Shown one piece after another: positions 1 to 10,475 of a stretch of 64,000 nt of DNA. Numbering within the stretch: position 1 is the first letter of the stretch; each line of letters starts with the position of its first letter. Source of the stretch: Promethearchaeota archaeon (GTDB lineage: Archaea > Asgardarchaeota > Lokiarchaeia > Sigyniarchaeales > SOKP01); contig JABCSY010000009.1 of assembly GCA_018238625.1 (NCBI GenBank), positions 1 through 64,000 of the forward strand. Direction: 5' to 3'. The notes under the pieces were generated by a model. It was not told the DNA's origin, searched no databases, and saw nothing but the letters and a program-made list of their open reading frames with translations. Made by a program: the position numbers and the translations under genes.

Positions 1-597
1 TTCTATAACTTTTTCTTCAAGACTTCTTCCTGGAGCCTCAACATTGATGTCTTGTAATGCAAATGTAATTTTTTCGCTCGACGCTAACAACTCCTTTCTT
101 TCGTTTTTCCACAAATCTTTCACGCGATTTATTAAATCGATTAAGCCAATTCTTCCAAAACGGTTTTCTTTGGGAAAATATGTGCCGGCAAAGAAAGGTT
201 TTTTATCTGGGGTCATTAGAATCGTTAGTGGCCAACCACCGGAGTTGGTCATAATTTGGCAGACCGTCATATATATTTTATCGATGTCAGGGCGTTCTTC
301 CCGGTCGACTTTAATAGATACAAAAACATCGTTCATAAATTTAGCAACAGTAGGGTCTTCAAAAGATTCGTGTGCCATTACATGGCACCAATGGCAAGTA
401 GAGTAGCCAACTGAAAGAAATATCGGTTTATCTTCCATCTTTGCTTTTTCAAAAGCCTCTTCTCCCCAAGGATACCAATCTACTGGATTTTCAGCGTGTT
501 GCAGTAAGTAAGGGCTTTTTTCAGTTATTAATTTATTGAATTTTTTCTTATGTTGACGCTCATCTTTTTGTTTTTTGTTTTCTTCTATAGTTTTCAC
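1..597 (-). CDS. Thioredoxin-domain protein, YyaL/DUF255 (SPATA20-like), 5' part only, runs off the window edge
   Basis: Manual translation from GTG at 597: ...[61 protein letters not shown], the characteristic YyaL N-terminus. Not in the ORF track because no stop lies in the window. Confidence 0.92.
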   Translation of the reverse strand, partial: MKTIEENKKQKDERQHKKKFNKLITEKSPYLLQHAENPVDWYPWGEEAFEKAKMEDKPIFLSVGYSTCHWCHVMAHESFEDPTVAKFMNDVFVSIKVDREERPDIDKIYMTVCQIMTNSGGWPLTILMTPDKKPFFAGTYFPKENRFGRIGLIDLINRVKDLWKNERKELLASSEKITFALQDINVEAPGRSLEEKVIE

Positions 598-603
598 CTA
601 TTA

Positions 604-1173
604 TTACTTGTTAAACGGTTTAGTAAATTCATCTATGAAAACGAATTCTTTAAATACCTTTCTTTCTGGTCTTGGATCCTCTTTAGATTTTTGAATATCG
701 GTTAACTCTTCTTTGAATTCTTTAGAACGTTTACCGATTACTATTAAGGAAATTAATCGCATGTGTTCCGGAATACCAAGCACTCTTTTCGCAGCATCTT
801 CATTAAAACCTGCGATAGGGTGCGCAACAAGACCTAATTCTGTAGCGCGGAGCATTATAAAAGCGCTCGCTAAACCCGTATCGAAAAGATAATATTGCCT
901 CTCTTTGATAACGCAATCGTTTTTTACTTCGCTAAACACTGCGATAATTAACGAACCTAATTCTACCCACTTGTTAGTTAATGATAACGACTTGTGAAGT
1001 TTTTCGAGTTGCTCTTTATCGCGAACAAATACATAGCTCCATGGTTGTTTATTAAAGCAAGATGGCGCTAATCGCGCTGATCCGGCTAAATCTTCTATTA
1101 ATTCGTCGGAAACCTCAACTGATTCAAGAGATCTATATGCTCTTCTTTTTTCAATCGCAATTTTTACATCCAT
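604..1173 (-). CDS. Nitroreductase family protein
   Basis: RRAYRSL, APSCFNKQPW and ATELGL motifs. Confidence 0.9.
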   Translation of the reverse strand: MDVKIAIEKRRAYRSLESVEVSDELIEDLAGSARLAPSCFNKQPWSYVFVRDKEQLEKLHKSLSLTNKWVELGSLIIAVFSEVKNDCVIKERQYYLFDTGLASAFIMLRATELGLVAHPIAGFNEDAAKRVLGIPEHMRLISLIVIGKRSKEFKEELTDIQKSKEDPRPERKVFKEFVFIDEFTKPFNK

Positions 1174-1392
1174 ATTTTAACACCTTTAAAAAAATGTTTT
1201 GGAATCTTAAATTTGAAGATTTCATTTATGATTGAAACCTAATTAACTAAAAAATATTTAAAGAATATCAATATGCGCCTTATTAGATATTAACTTTCTA
1301 AATTAATTCTTTTGAGATATAGCTCTTTGATTTGGAATTTTTGCGAAAAAAGATAAATAATACATAAAGAAATAATTAGAAAAAAATAAAAA

Positions 1393-1836
1393 TTACTTTG
1401 CTTTTAGGGCTATAACTGCGGAACCTTGCGTCGTAATTCTTTCGTCTTGAGTTTCGCTTAGAACGCTAATTTCGACCAGATTTTCGCCGTTTTCAGAGTA
1501 CTTTTTCAATACTTTTCCTTTTAACATTAAAGTATCGTTTTCACTCGTCATACCAGCAAACCTTATCTTGAAGTCTTTTAACACGCCTCCTTTTGCCCAA
1601 TCAGTAATGTAGGAACCGACTGTTGACATAACAAGCATTCCATGGGCGATACATCCAGGAAGTTTAGCTATTTTCGCAAACCCCTCGTCGTAATGAATTT
1701 TATTATAATCTCCAGATGCTGATGCGTAATCTATTAGCTGCTGTCGAACAATTGGTCCCTTTTTTGATGTAGGTAATTCCATTCCCGTTGAAATATCTTC
1801 AAAAAACAAATCTTTTTTAGAATCTTCTTTAGACAA
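1393..1836 (-). CDS. MaoC-family hot-dog fold dehydratase (catalytic subunit)
   Basis: ASGDYNKIHYD...IAHGML hydratase motif. Confidence 0.88.
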   Translation of the reverse strand: MSKEDSKKDLFFEDISTGMELPTSKKGPIVRQQLIDYASASGDYNKIHYDEGFAKIAKLPGCIAHGMLVMSTVGSYITDWAKGGVLKDFKIRFAGMTSENDTLMLKGKVLKKYSENGENLVEISVLSETQDERITTQGSAVIALKAK

Positions 1837-1857
1837 TTTTCAAATCACCTTTTAAAT

Positions 1858-2298
1858 TTAATGGAACACGATTAACGAAATGATTAGATCAAAAACCTTT
1901 TCTCCAGTATCCTTGTTTTTTCCACTTGTGACCGCCGTGATTAAATCCATCTTACCTCTTTTGCCTTCCTTTTCAACAATATTTTTGACTTTGGTTTGAT
2001 ATGTAATGGTATCTCCGGCACAACATTGAGAGTAATACTTAATTTCTCTTCCACCATCTAATAGTTTTCTAAAATCTATCCCCAAAGTTGAAAAGAAGTT
2101 ATTATCTGAGAAGGTCATTCTCGTGTAAAAAGTAGTAGGAACAGGTATGTCTTTAAAACCTTGATTTTTGGCTTCATCGATGTCGTAATAAACTGGGTTC
2201 GAATCTCTTATCGCGTTAGCAAAATGAGAGACGCGCCAACGAGTAATAACCATTTCTTTTGGTGTAAATTCGTATCCAATGAATTTTCTATCAATCAT
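1858..2298 (-). CDS. MaoC/FAS1-like dehydratase N-terminal-type subunit (HadA-like partner)
   Basis: FANAIRDSNPVYYD..A...G....VPTTF motif; adjacent to the MaoC gene. Confidence 0.82.
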   Translation of the reverse strand: MIDRKFIGYEFTPKEMVITRWRVSHFANAIRDSNPVYYDIDEAKNQGFKDIPVPTTFYTRMTFSDNNFFSTLGIDFRKLLDGGREIKYYSQCCAGDTITYQTKVKNIVEKEGKRGKMDLITAVTSGKNKDTGEKVFDLIISLIVFH

Positions 2299-2552
2299 GT
2301 AACTTCTCTTTTAATTTTAATTAATTTTAATATGTTTAGATGTTTTAAAGGTTTTATTTACAAGCAGTATTTCCAACCTTTAATTCTACTTTTTTCTCGT
2401 TCATAACGATTTACTTCTTGAAGATTTTGGGTTTTATTTTTTTTTTATTTTCTTTTGTAAAAAATCCTCCCTTATTGTTTTAAATAGATAGTTCAATGAA
2501 ATCTATTATATCAAAATACTTATTAAATATTTATAATAATGGTGTAAAAATA

Positions 2553-3254
2553 ATGAATAAGCGAAAATTAGGATTTTTATTACTTGTATTGCTTATAATC
2601 TCTCTAAATTTGGCAACTGGTATAACTCAAGTAAAAGCTACTACGAAAATAGAAGAGATTAAGGCAACAGGTGATGCAAGAATTATGGAAGATTACCCAA
2701 ATACGAACTATGGCGCCGATCAGGCTATTAAGCTCTGGTATTCACCTAAGGAAGAGGGATACCTATTTTTTGATCTATACTCTCTTATAGAAAAAAATTA
2801 TACAAGTGTGATGTTAAGGATTCACATAGGCATGTCAACTTCCACAACAATTCAAGTTTTTCCTGTAATCGATTTATGGGATGAAGATATTATAGAATGG
2901 AGTAATGCCCCAGATGTTAACATGAGTATCATGTGCAGTCAATATATCCCCGTTACTACAAGAATTGGTTATATCAATGTTACCTCTATCGTATCAAATT
3001 TTACTTCTGGATTCACACGTTATTTTGGTTTCTATCTTAAACCTGTGATTAACGGATTGGATTTTTATAGTAAAGAATCTCCTGATGAAGAAAAACATCC
3101 TACTCTAGAAATTACTGTGCCTTCACAACCTGCTGGACCTTCACAACCTAGTATCGCAGGATTTGAGGTAACTATAGCAATTTTTGGAATGTTAGGCGTA
3201 ATATTTATACTGGTAATTAACAAAAGAAAAATAACAAAAAAAAATCCAAGATGA
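2553..3254 (+). CDS. Secreted DNRLRE/CBM96-like surface protein with C-terminal membrane anchor or sorting signal
   Basis: Signal peptide MNKRKLGFLLL; DARIMEDYPNTNYG, WDEDIIEWSNAP and FYSKE...P.LEI motifs; C-terminal IAGF + TM + basic tail. Start placed at the second Met. Confidence 0.75.
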   Translation: MNKRKLGFLLLVLLIISLNLATGITQVKATTKIEEIKATGDARIMEDYPNTNYGADQAIKLWYSPKEEGYLFFDLYSLIEKNYTSVMLRIHIGMSTSTTIQVFPVIDLWDEDIIEWSNAPDVNMSIMCSQYIPVTTRIGYINVTSIVSNFTSGFTRYFGFYLKPVINGLDFYSKESPDEEKHPTLEITVPSQPAGPSQPSIAGFEVTIAIFGMLGVIFILVINKRKITKKNPR

Positions 3255-3472
3255 AAAAAAATTTATGAGATATAAAGAGAGTAAATTTACATTCAAACTT
3301 TAAAACTTTTTTTTTTCATTTTTATTTCTTTCAAAGAAAGATATCTAGAGCTATCTGATGAAAATATTCAGATTATCAATTATAAAAGTTTTAAATACAT
3401 TCTTTTAATTAATAGTATTACAAGATTCGAAAATTAATAAAATATAAATTTAATATCATCGTGAGTTAAGAT

Positions 3473-4093
3473 ATGGAAAAAAAAAGTTTGGGACTATTCT
3501 TAGTTGTTCTGGGATTTATCTTTCTTGGCATTGCTGTGGTTACGATTTGGAGTATGTTTTTCGGCTTTGATGCGACTAAAGGGTTATACATCGTTTTAGC
3601 AATTCCTTTAATGGTCTTTAGTGTTACTACTATATTTTTCGGGTTTTATTTAATTACAAGAGTAAGTTTAGGTTTAAAGACTAAAGGATTAATCTTATTA
3701 GTAGACGGGCTAATACCAATAATTGCTTCCGCGTATGCTATGTTAGATCCCCGACTTAGCGTGATTAATGACATACGAATTCTGGTATTATTACCATTAA
3801 CGCTCGTGGGCATTTTTATTATAGTTTATAGCATTTTTCTATTAACTGCTGAGGCATATATAGATGGAATTAAAACCAGAAAAAGAGCAAACAAAATATT
3901 AGGAATAATTTCTATTGCAATAGGACTTGTTAATATAGCTGCGTTTATTGTATTAACATCTATCTCTGGGGAACAGCCAGTTATTTTATCGGTATTTTGG
4001 TTATTAATTGGGGCTATTTCAATTTATTTTGGCGTTCATTTATTTATCAAGAAAGTCGAAGAGAAAAAAAAGTATACAAAAAGGAAAAGATAA
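3473..4093 (+). CDS. Hypothetical membrane protein (about 6 TM)
   Basis: Alternating hydrophobic stretches and a basic C-terminus. Confidence 0.7.
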   Translation: MEKKSLGLFLVVLGFIFLGIAVVTIWSMFFGFDATKGLYIVLAIPLMVFSVTTIFFGFYLITRVSLGLKTKGLILLVDGLIPIIASAYAMLDPRLSVINDIRILVLLPLTLVGIFIIVYSIFLLTAEAYIDGIKTRKRANKILGIISIAIGLVNIAAFIVLTSISGEQPVILSVFWLLIGAISIYFGVHLFIKKVEEKKKYTKRKR

Positions 4094-4134
4094 AAGAAAA
4101 ATAAAAAAATAAATTATTTATTTTAGCATTCTAT

Positions 4135-5625
4135 TTACGGATCGTTCCTGAAAGGATGACGCGCATTATCTGCGTTTTGGATACCGTCATCTACCGTTGG
4201 TAACCCTTCCATAGCCTTTCGAATGGCGTTTCTTGTAGCTTTATAGTTATTAATAAATACGCGTTTTCGAGCGCTCGCGCTAGGATGTACAAATACATTT
4301 ACAATTATTAGGATATCTTCTGCGGCTTCTTTAGGAAGAATTCCATCCTCTACGCATTTCATTACCGCTTTTGCTACTGCTGCTTGAGCAGGCCCATAAG
4401 TTAAACTTGCGTGGCGCATGGAAGTGATTTTAACTGTAGGGATCATAACAGTTGCAGGTTTAACTTGCATGTTTGGTTCGAGAATTACTTGTAATCCTTC
4501 ACGCCCTTTCGCTGGATGAGTTAAAGCGCGAGCGAAAGCGTCACCTACGGGTCCTTTTTTATTTCCTATTAAAAGATCTATATGTGCTAACTCTGCTCTA
4601 CTACCAACTAGCGACTCTCCGACTTTTAGGCTGAAACCAGAAATCTTTTCAGGCGTTACACCCACTGCGTAAAAACGACTCGTTAGTTCTTTATCGTCGA
4701 TCTTGAACTTAATTTCTTTCTTTTCGATATATCCTAACTTTTCAAGTTCGACTCTAAATTCGTCTTGGAGTTCGTAGGAAAGAGCGTCTCCTAAAATGAT
4801 CGGGCTTCTAGTTGTGCCTACTGGAATGCCCATCAAATTCAAGCACTCTTTGGCGCCTAGGGCTCCAGAATTGATTAGCATTCGAGCTAACTTTTGCACT
4901 TTCTTTTGTAGAGTTTGTGCTTCAATTAACCGATTGTTTTTTACATGGTCGTACATTTCGAGCCATACCTTAGGAATGACATTAGCAGAGCCAAGTATGC
5001 AACCCGCAGCGCCACCAGCTAAAGCACCTAGTACATTTTCGTCCCACCCTATTAGAACGGAAATTTTATCGCTTACTTTCTCTAATAACGCAGAGAAGTA
5101 TTTGTAGTCACCGCTAGAATCCTTTATCGCAACGAAATTATCAATATCAACCAGATCTTCTACAACAGTCCAAGGCAATTCTACTCCAGTACAGACGGGA
5201 ATATTGTACAACACCAAGGGTATATCGGTTTTTTCTGCTATCCTAAAATAATGGTCGTACAACCCTTTTGCCTTAGGTTTGAGATAATAAGGCGTTACAA
5301 TTATAGCCGCGTCTGCACCGATGTCTGTTGCAGCTTTAGTAGCATCTATTACCAATTTTGTTCCAGTCTCTCCAGTCCCAGCAATTACAGGAACTCTACC
5401 GTTCGTTTCGTCGACGACTATTTCTATGACTCTCAAACGTTCTTCAAAAGTCATGTTAACGAATTCTCCAGTCGTCCCTACCGGAACAAGTCCCGTAACT
5501 CCTTGGTCTATGAGATGGTTGACTAAATTTCTAAGGTTTTCTTCGTTAATTGATTCATCTTCTTTGTTAAAAGGAGTTACTAATGCCGGCATAACTCCTG
5601 TTGGTCTAAAATCAAATTTACCCAT
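4135..5625 (-). CDS. dapA-fae: Fusion of a DapA-family (class I aldolase) domain and formaldehyde-activating enzyme (Fae)
   Basis: N-terminal PALVTPF, GTTGE, LYNIP, AIKDSSG; C-terminal VGESLVG...ELAHIDLLIG.K.GPVG.AF, GPAQAAVAKAV, NNYKATRNAI..AM, RHPF. Confidence 0.88.
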   Translation of the reverse strand: MGKFDFRPTGVMPALVTPFNKEDESINEENLRNLVNHLIDQGVTGLVPVGTTGEFVNMTFEERLRVIEIVVDETNGRVPVIAGTGETGTKLVIDATKAATDIGADAAIIVTPYYLKPKAKGLYDHYFRIAEKTDIPLVLYNIPVCTGVELPWTVVEDLVDIDNFVAIKDSSGDYKYFSALLEKVSDKISVLIGWDENVLGALAGGAAGCILGSANVIPKVWLEMYDHVKNNRLIEAQTLQKKVQKLARMLINSGALGAKECLNLMGIPVGTTRSPIILGDALSYELQDEFRVELEKLGYIEKKEIKFKIDDKELTSRFYAVGVTPEKISGFSLKVGESLVGSRAELAHIDLLIGNKKGPVGDAFARALTHPAKGREGLQVILEPNMQVKPATVMIPTVKITSMRHASLTYGPAQAAVAKAVMKCVEDGILPKEAAEDILIIVNVFVHPSASARKRVFINNYKATRNAIRKAMEGLPTVDDGIQNADNARHPFRNDP

Positions 5626-5643
5626 TTAAATTTACCTCTATTT

Positions 5644-6930
5644 TTATTTTCTATGATGTAAATTTTTAGCAGCTATAAATGTTAGTCCCCTTTTAGTTAG
5701 GGCTTCAGCTGTAGTATTAATAGCTTCGTATCGGTCGAGAAGATTTATGCGTAATGCTTCCCAAATTCCCGCTTCTTCAATAGCTTCCTTAGTCATGAAA
5801 TATTCGAGAATATCCGTAGGATGTTCCCGTTTTTCGTCAACTTCCACATTTGCTCCTTCATGTTTGGCACTTACATTCTTCACTTTCGTGGCCAATTCCA
5901 TTAGTTCATCTCGACGGTCGTAAGGTTGTCTTACAATACTTTTATAGGTCTCAGTTATATGGTGTTCTATTCGTACTACATCCTCAAAGCCAAATTCTTT
6001 TCTTATATAGGCAGTTACTTCAATAGTTTCGTTATTAACTGAATTGGCAAGGTTAAAGCCAATCAAGGGGCTAGTTCCATCTTCACGAGCAAACAATTTG
6101 GCAGTCATTAAAGTCCAAAGACAAGCGTAAGGATTATCGTTTCCTAAATAGACTGAAATTTTAAACTCGTTATTAATACCAAGTTTATGGATGATATAAC
6201 CTAATAAAACGGTACCAAGATTCACGTTAAGAACTTGTTGGATTCCATAGTTAGTATAATAATAAAGATATTCATCAAACCATTTTAATGGAAAGTTGTT
6301 TGGCATTCCAACGCCTCCAAAATAGCCCGTAATAGTTTCAGGTCCACCAAGATGTACATTGACAGGCATACCATCTGGACCTGGGGCAGTTCCCTTAGTG
6401 TCAAGAGTTTCGACCCATGTCGCCCCAATAATTTGCATCGCCGCTGCCATAGCTAGTAAATCCCCGTCCTCTTCTTGTTCTTTCATGTATCTTACGCGAA
6501 TAATTCTACCAGGTACTAACTTTTGATTTTCAACGGCGTCTCTTACCATATCCATTAAGAAAGGAAAGTAATTACACGCAGAAAGTTCTAATGTTACAGC
6601 AAAGTCTTCGTCGAAAGTCAATTCAGATGTTTTATCGCCTAAAATCTTTTTTCTATAATCTGCTATGCTAATAAATGAATTTTTGTCGCGTTGAGAAATC
6701 AACCACTCAATATCCTTAACATATTCTGGCTTTTTCTTTTTTAACTTTTCGAGTAAGTTTTCTACTTTACTGGCTTCTTCTGCCTTTCTATTAATCTCTT
6801 CTATTCCGCCATATTTGTCTACTATAGCTAAAAGATCGTTTATAAGTGGATTTTTTTCGTCCAATAAGAAATCGTTTATTACTTTTAATGCGTCATCTGG
6901 AATTTTCAATTTTTTTCTTAAATCGTTCAT
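5644..6930 (-). CDS. Conserved-looking hypothetical soluble protein, probably co-transcribed with dapA-fae
   Basis: 428-aa ORF ending 18 bp upstream of dapA-fae; enzyme-like segments (NVHLGGPETITGYFGG, EHHITETY) but no family recognised. Confidence 0.75.
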   Translation of the reverse strand: MNDLRKKLKIPDDALKVINDFLLDEKNPLINDLLAIVDKYGGIEEINRKAEEASKVENLLEKLKKKKPEYVKDIEWLISQRDKNSFISIADYRKKILGDKTSELTFDEDFAVTLELSACNYFPFLMDMVRDAVENQKLVPGRIIRVRYMKEQEEDGDLLAMAAAMQIIGATWVETLDTKGTAPGPDGMPVNVHLGGPETITGYFGGVGMPNNFPLKWFDEYLYYYTNYGIQQVLNVNLGTVLLGYIIHKLGINNEFKISVYLGNDNPYACLWTLMTAKLFAREDGTSPLIGFNLANSVNNETIEVTAYIRKEFGFEDVVRIEHHITETYKSIVRQPYDRRDELMELATKVKNVSAKHEGANVEVDEKREHPTDILEYFMTKEAIEEAGIWEALRINLLDRYEAINTTAEALTKRGLTFIAAKNLHHRK

Positions 6931-7139
6931 TTTATCATTTACCTTATTTTTTTGTTAATATTTTATACATGAATTTTGAATTCTACCCAAAGAATTCCCA
7001 TACTTCCAACTTTCATTGGAAGAGATCACAAATTTAATACATTTCATTATATTATAAATTTATTTGTACAATTGCAAAAAGTTTTAACAATATCCAAAAT
7101 TGATAACTAAAAGAATTTAATTTAATAAGAGTAACGAAA

Positions 7140-8498
7140 ATGTATAAACATAAAGTTTCGATTTTAGGGACTGGATTTATCGGTTTATGTAGTGCTGCGT
7201 GTTTCGCTGGGAAAGACATACAAGTCTTAGCGTCCACTCATAATGAAAAGAAAGCTAAAATGATTAACGAAGGAAAAGCACCATTTTACGAAGCGGATTT
7301 ACAAGAAATAATGGACGATATTAAAGCTAACAAGCCAGAACTGTTACAGTGTTTGCTGGATCCCGTAAAAGCGGTACTCGAAACGGATATTTCTATGATT
7401 ACTCAAGGTACTCCCATGCGAGAAGATAAAAGCATAGACTTAGGCTACATTGAGAGTACAGCTAGGGAAATAGGAGAAGCTCTAAAGCAAAAGGATAAGT
7501 ATCATTTAGTTGTTGTAAGATCTACTGTAGTTCCCGGTACTACGAGGAATCTGGTAGGAAAAACAATTACTGAAGTATCTGGAAAGGTTCCAGGAAAAGA
7601 TTTTGGCTTATGTATGCAACCGGAATTTTTAGCGGAGGGTCGTTCGATTGAAGATACGCTTCGCCCAGATAGGATTGTAATAGGTGAGATTGACAAGAAG
7701 AGTGGCGTTATGCTCCAAGAGTTTTACGAATATTTCTATGGTGACCACTTACAAAATTGCCCTGTGTTAAGGATGAATCTAGAAAGCGCTGAATTAGTTA
7801 AATATGGCAATAATTGCCTTTTATCTACTAAAATCAGCTATGCTAACGAATTCGCGAATTTTGCCGAGTTAGTACCAAATGTAGATGTAGCCCAAGTTAT
7901 GAAAGGAGTTGGGCTCGATTACAGATTAAATTCTCGATTTTTAAATGCTGGAGTTGGTTTTGGAGGTTCTTGCTTTCATAAAGACGTGAACGCAATAAAA
8001 GCATGGTCTAAATCAAAAGGATATACTTCAAGGTTATTGGAAGCAGTTTTAGGCATTAATGACGATCAAGCAATCCACATCGTCGATATGGCTGAACAAT
8101 TGGCAGGAAAATTAGCTGGTAAAAAAGTAACCTTATTGGGTCTTGCTTTTAAGCCAGGTACGGACGACATGCGAGAAGCTGCTAGTATTAGGGTCGTTAA
8201 CGAATTAAGAAAAAGAGGTATAACTAATATCATCGGATACGATCCTAAAGCAAATAAAACTGCCGAAGTGGAAATGGGAGATAAAATTAAATATGCCAAA
8301 TCAATTGAAGAAGCTTTAAAAGATTCTGAGTGTGCAATTTTAATTACAGAGTGGGATGATTTTGCAGCACTTACCCCAGATGACTTCAAAAAACATATGA
8401 GAGTTCCTAATTTAGTAGATGGAAGAAGGATTTATGATTATGAAATATTCAATAAAGCCTTACCATTTAGAGCAATTGGTCGCATAAATTTATCATAA
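7140..8498 (+). CDS. ugd: UDP-glucose/GDP-mannose dehydrogenase family protein
   Basis: GTGFIG, RSTVVPGTT, PEFLAEG, GFGGSCFHKD, GLAFKPGTDDMREA. Confidence 0.92.
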   Translation: MYKHKVSILGTGFIGLCSAACFAGKDIQVLASTHNEKKAKMINEGKAPFYEADLQEIMDDIKANKPELLQCLLDPVKAVLETDISMITQGTPMREDKSIDLGYIESTAREIGEALKQKDKYHLVVVRSTVVPGTTRNLVGKTITEVSGKVPGKDFGLCMQPEFLAEGRSIEDTLRPDRIVIGEIDKKSGVMLQEFYEYFYGDHLQNCPVLRMNLESAELVKYGNNCLLSTKISYANEFANFAELVPNVDVAQVMKGVGLDYRLNSRFLNAGVGFGGSCFHKDVNAIKAWSKSKGYTSRLLEAVLGINDDQAIHIVDMAEQLAGKLAGKKVTLLGLAFKPGTDDMREAASIRVVNELRKRGITNIIGYDPKANKTAEVEMGDKIKYAKSIEEALKDSECAILITEWDDFAALTPDDFKKHMRVPNLVDGRRIYDYEIFNKALPFRAIGRINLS

Positions 8499-8564
8499 GC
8501 TAATTCTTTTTTATAAAATATTTAAAAATATATCTATAGAATCGAAAAATCCTAAATTATTCCA

Positions 8565-8628
8565 AAGGTAGATTTATATTTTTACATAATAATAATTAGA
8601 TCAATCCATTAACGATAGAGTAAAAAAT
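8565..8628 (+). promoter_or_regulatory. Upstream/promoter block shared by the two SBP genes (copy 1)
   Basis: aaggtagatttatatttttaca...tcaatccattaacgatagagtaaaaaat, nearly repeated at 10358-10421; contains TATA-like TTTATAT. Confidence 0.6.
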
Positions 8629-8642
8629 CAATTAGCTAAAAT

Positions 8643-10319
8643 ATGCTAAAAATGGAAAGGAAAAATATCGTAACATCAATTCTGCTGATTGCTCTAATTA
8701 CATCGGGAATAGGTAATATTGTTTTAATCATTGAAATGTCTTCTCTACCTATAGTAGAACCTCCAGATTTCATCATTGGTACATCAAGTGGACACCACAC
8801 ACTCGAACTCGTTGATTCATGGGATAAAGCATCAAACGATGTACTTTACCAAGTCGTTGAAACGCTTTTCTCTTACGATTTAACTGATTTGGACTTACCT
8901 CGTATTAACCTTCTTGCTCACTCTTATTGGTGGAAAAATAGTACGATACTTCAAATACAATTGAGGAAAGGAATTCTTTTCCATGATGGTACTTCCTTTA
9001 ATGCAGATGCAGCAAAATGGAATCTGGATAGATTACAATACCTCATAAATGCTACAGGAACAAATTATGGGGTAGTGGCTCATACTCAGTCCTTATGGAT
9101 GTTTCCCGATGGAGAGACCCCCATCATGGATACTATAACAGCTATAAGTGATAATAATATCACTATCACTCTCAATGGTGCGTATGGACCTTTTTTGAAT
9201 ACGCTAGCTTACATAAACGCAGGAATGATTTCTCCAACTGCTCATGCTAGTCATGCGACTAGCTTTATCCCTCTCACAACTGGTGATGTCATAGGAACTG
9301 GCCCATTTATGTACGATTATTTCACACCAAATGAAGGTGTGTATCTTTCCCGATGGGAAGGATATTGGAAAAATCTAGCAAATTTTAAAAGAATAAAATT
9401 TGCTATCATTCCGGACTCAGCAGACCGAAATAATGCGATGTTAGATAAATCTGTAGATCTTTTAATTGGAATTGATCCTTCGTTCCTTCCGTCTTTTGAA
9501 AGTGATTCTTCTATAACAGTAAAGCGCTTTACTGACGATACAGAAATTCCTGGATTAACATATCAATATCTCATTTTAAACAGAAATAATCTAAATGAGA
9601 CCTGGAGAAAAGTGTTGAGTTATGGGATAAATTATACTTATATCATTAATGAGATGAAGAATGGGCTGGTAGTGAGAGCTAATTCACCTATATCTCCTGC
9701 TTTTGGTGTCGGGTTTAATGATTCTGTGAAAGCTGCAGACTATAATATTACAAAAGCGCGAGAAATTATAGTGTCTATGAGGCTTGGTAACTTGAGTTGG
9801 ACAGACATCCAATGGGAAAATATAGCAGAAAACTCTCCATTTCTTTCCATTGAGTTTTTTCATTATATAAACCCATTTCTAAACGAGATCTATAGTGTTT
9901 TTTTTACATGGATGAGATCTCTAGGAATAGATATAGTTGGACACGCATGGTTTCCAGAACACCCTCCGTACTGGGGGAGAGATTATCCAGCCTATGACTG
10001 CACTTGGTTAAGGTGCGATCCAGATTATTTCGAGCCCTACAACATGCTTTACCAACTATTTCATCACCTATCGGAAAAAAATTATTACCAATATAATGAC
10101 ACATGGCTCAAGACAAAAATGGAATTAGCTCTTCAAACCACCAATGATGATGCTAGAACTCATATTTACAAAGACATTCAATGGTATTTATCAGAAAAAT
10201 TGTATCCTCATGCTTTTGGATTCCATCCAAAAGTATTTTCCGTACATTCGGCAAATCTCTATGGTGTTCCTTATAACGCATTGGAGAGGTTTGAAGCGTA
10301 TGGGATACGGCGTGCTTAG
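8643..10319 (+). CDS. ABC transporter substrate-binding protein, family 5 (DppA/OppA-like)
   Basis: N-terminal TM anchor; LRKGILFHDGTSFNADAAKWN and GTGPF motifs. Confidence 0.88.
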   Translation: MLKMERKNIVTSILLIALITSGIGNIVLIIEMSSLPIVEPPDFIIGTSSGHHTLELVDSWDKASNDVLYQVVETLFSYDLTDLDLPRINLLAHSYWWKNSTILQIQLRKGILFHDGTSFNADAAKWNLDRLQYLINATGTNYGVVAHTQSLWMFPDGETPIMDTITAISDNNITITLNGAYGPFLNTLAYINAGMISPTAHASHATSFIPLTTGDVIGTGPFMYDYFTPNEGVYLSRWEGYWKNLANFKRIKFAIIPDSADRNNAMLDKSVDLLIGIDPSFLPSFESDSSITVKRFTDDTEIPGLTYQYLILNRNNLNETWRKVLSYGINYTYIINEMKNGLVVRANSPISPAFGVGFNDSVKAADYNITKAREIIVSMRLGNLSWTDIQWENIAENSPFLSIEFFHYINPFLNEIYSVFFTWMRSLGIDIVGHAWFPEHPPYWGRDYPAYDCTWLRCDPDYFEPYNMLYQLFHHLSEKNYYQYNDTWLKTKMELALQTTNDDARTHIYKDIQWYLSEKLYPHAFGFHPKVFSVHSANLYGVPYNALERFEAYGIRRA

Positions 10320-10357
10320 AGATAGATATTAATTAAAAATTTTCTCCAGAAAACTGT

Positions 10358-10421
10358 AAGGTAGATTTATATTTTTACAAGATAATATAAAGTTCAATCC
10401 ATTGATGATAGAGTTAAAAAT
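10358..10421 (+). promoter_or_regulatory. Upstream/promoter block shared by the two SBP genes (copy 2)
   Basis: aaggtagatttatatttttaca...tcaatccattgatgatagagttaaaaat. Confidence 0.6.
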
Positions 10422-10475
10422 TATTTTTTTTTAACAGGTCAAGTACGAATTATTCTCTAAAAGGTAAAACATCGA

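Noticed and set aside
44-406. 120-aa plus-strand ORF
   Set aside because: Antisense shadow of the YyaL-like gene. The same applies to the many short antisense ORFs inside dapA-fae, ugd, fwd, mvhG, the LbH genes and others.
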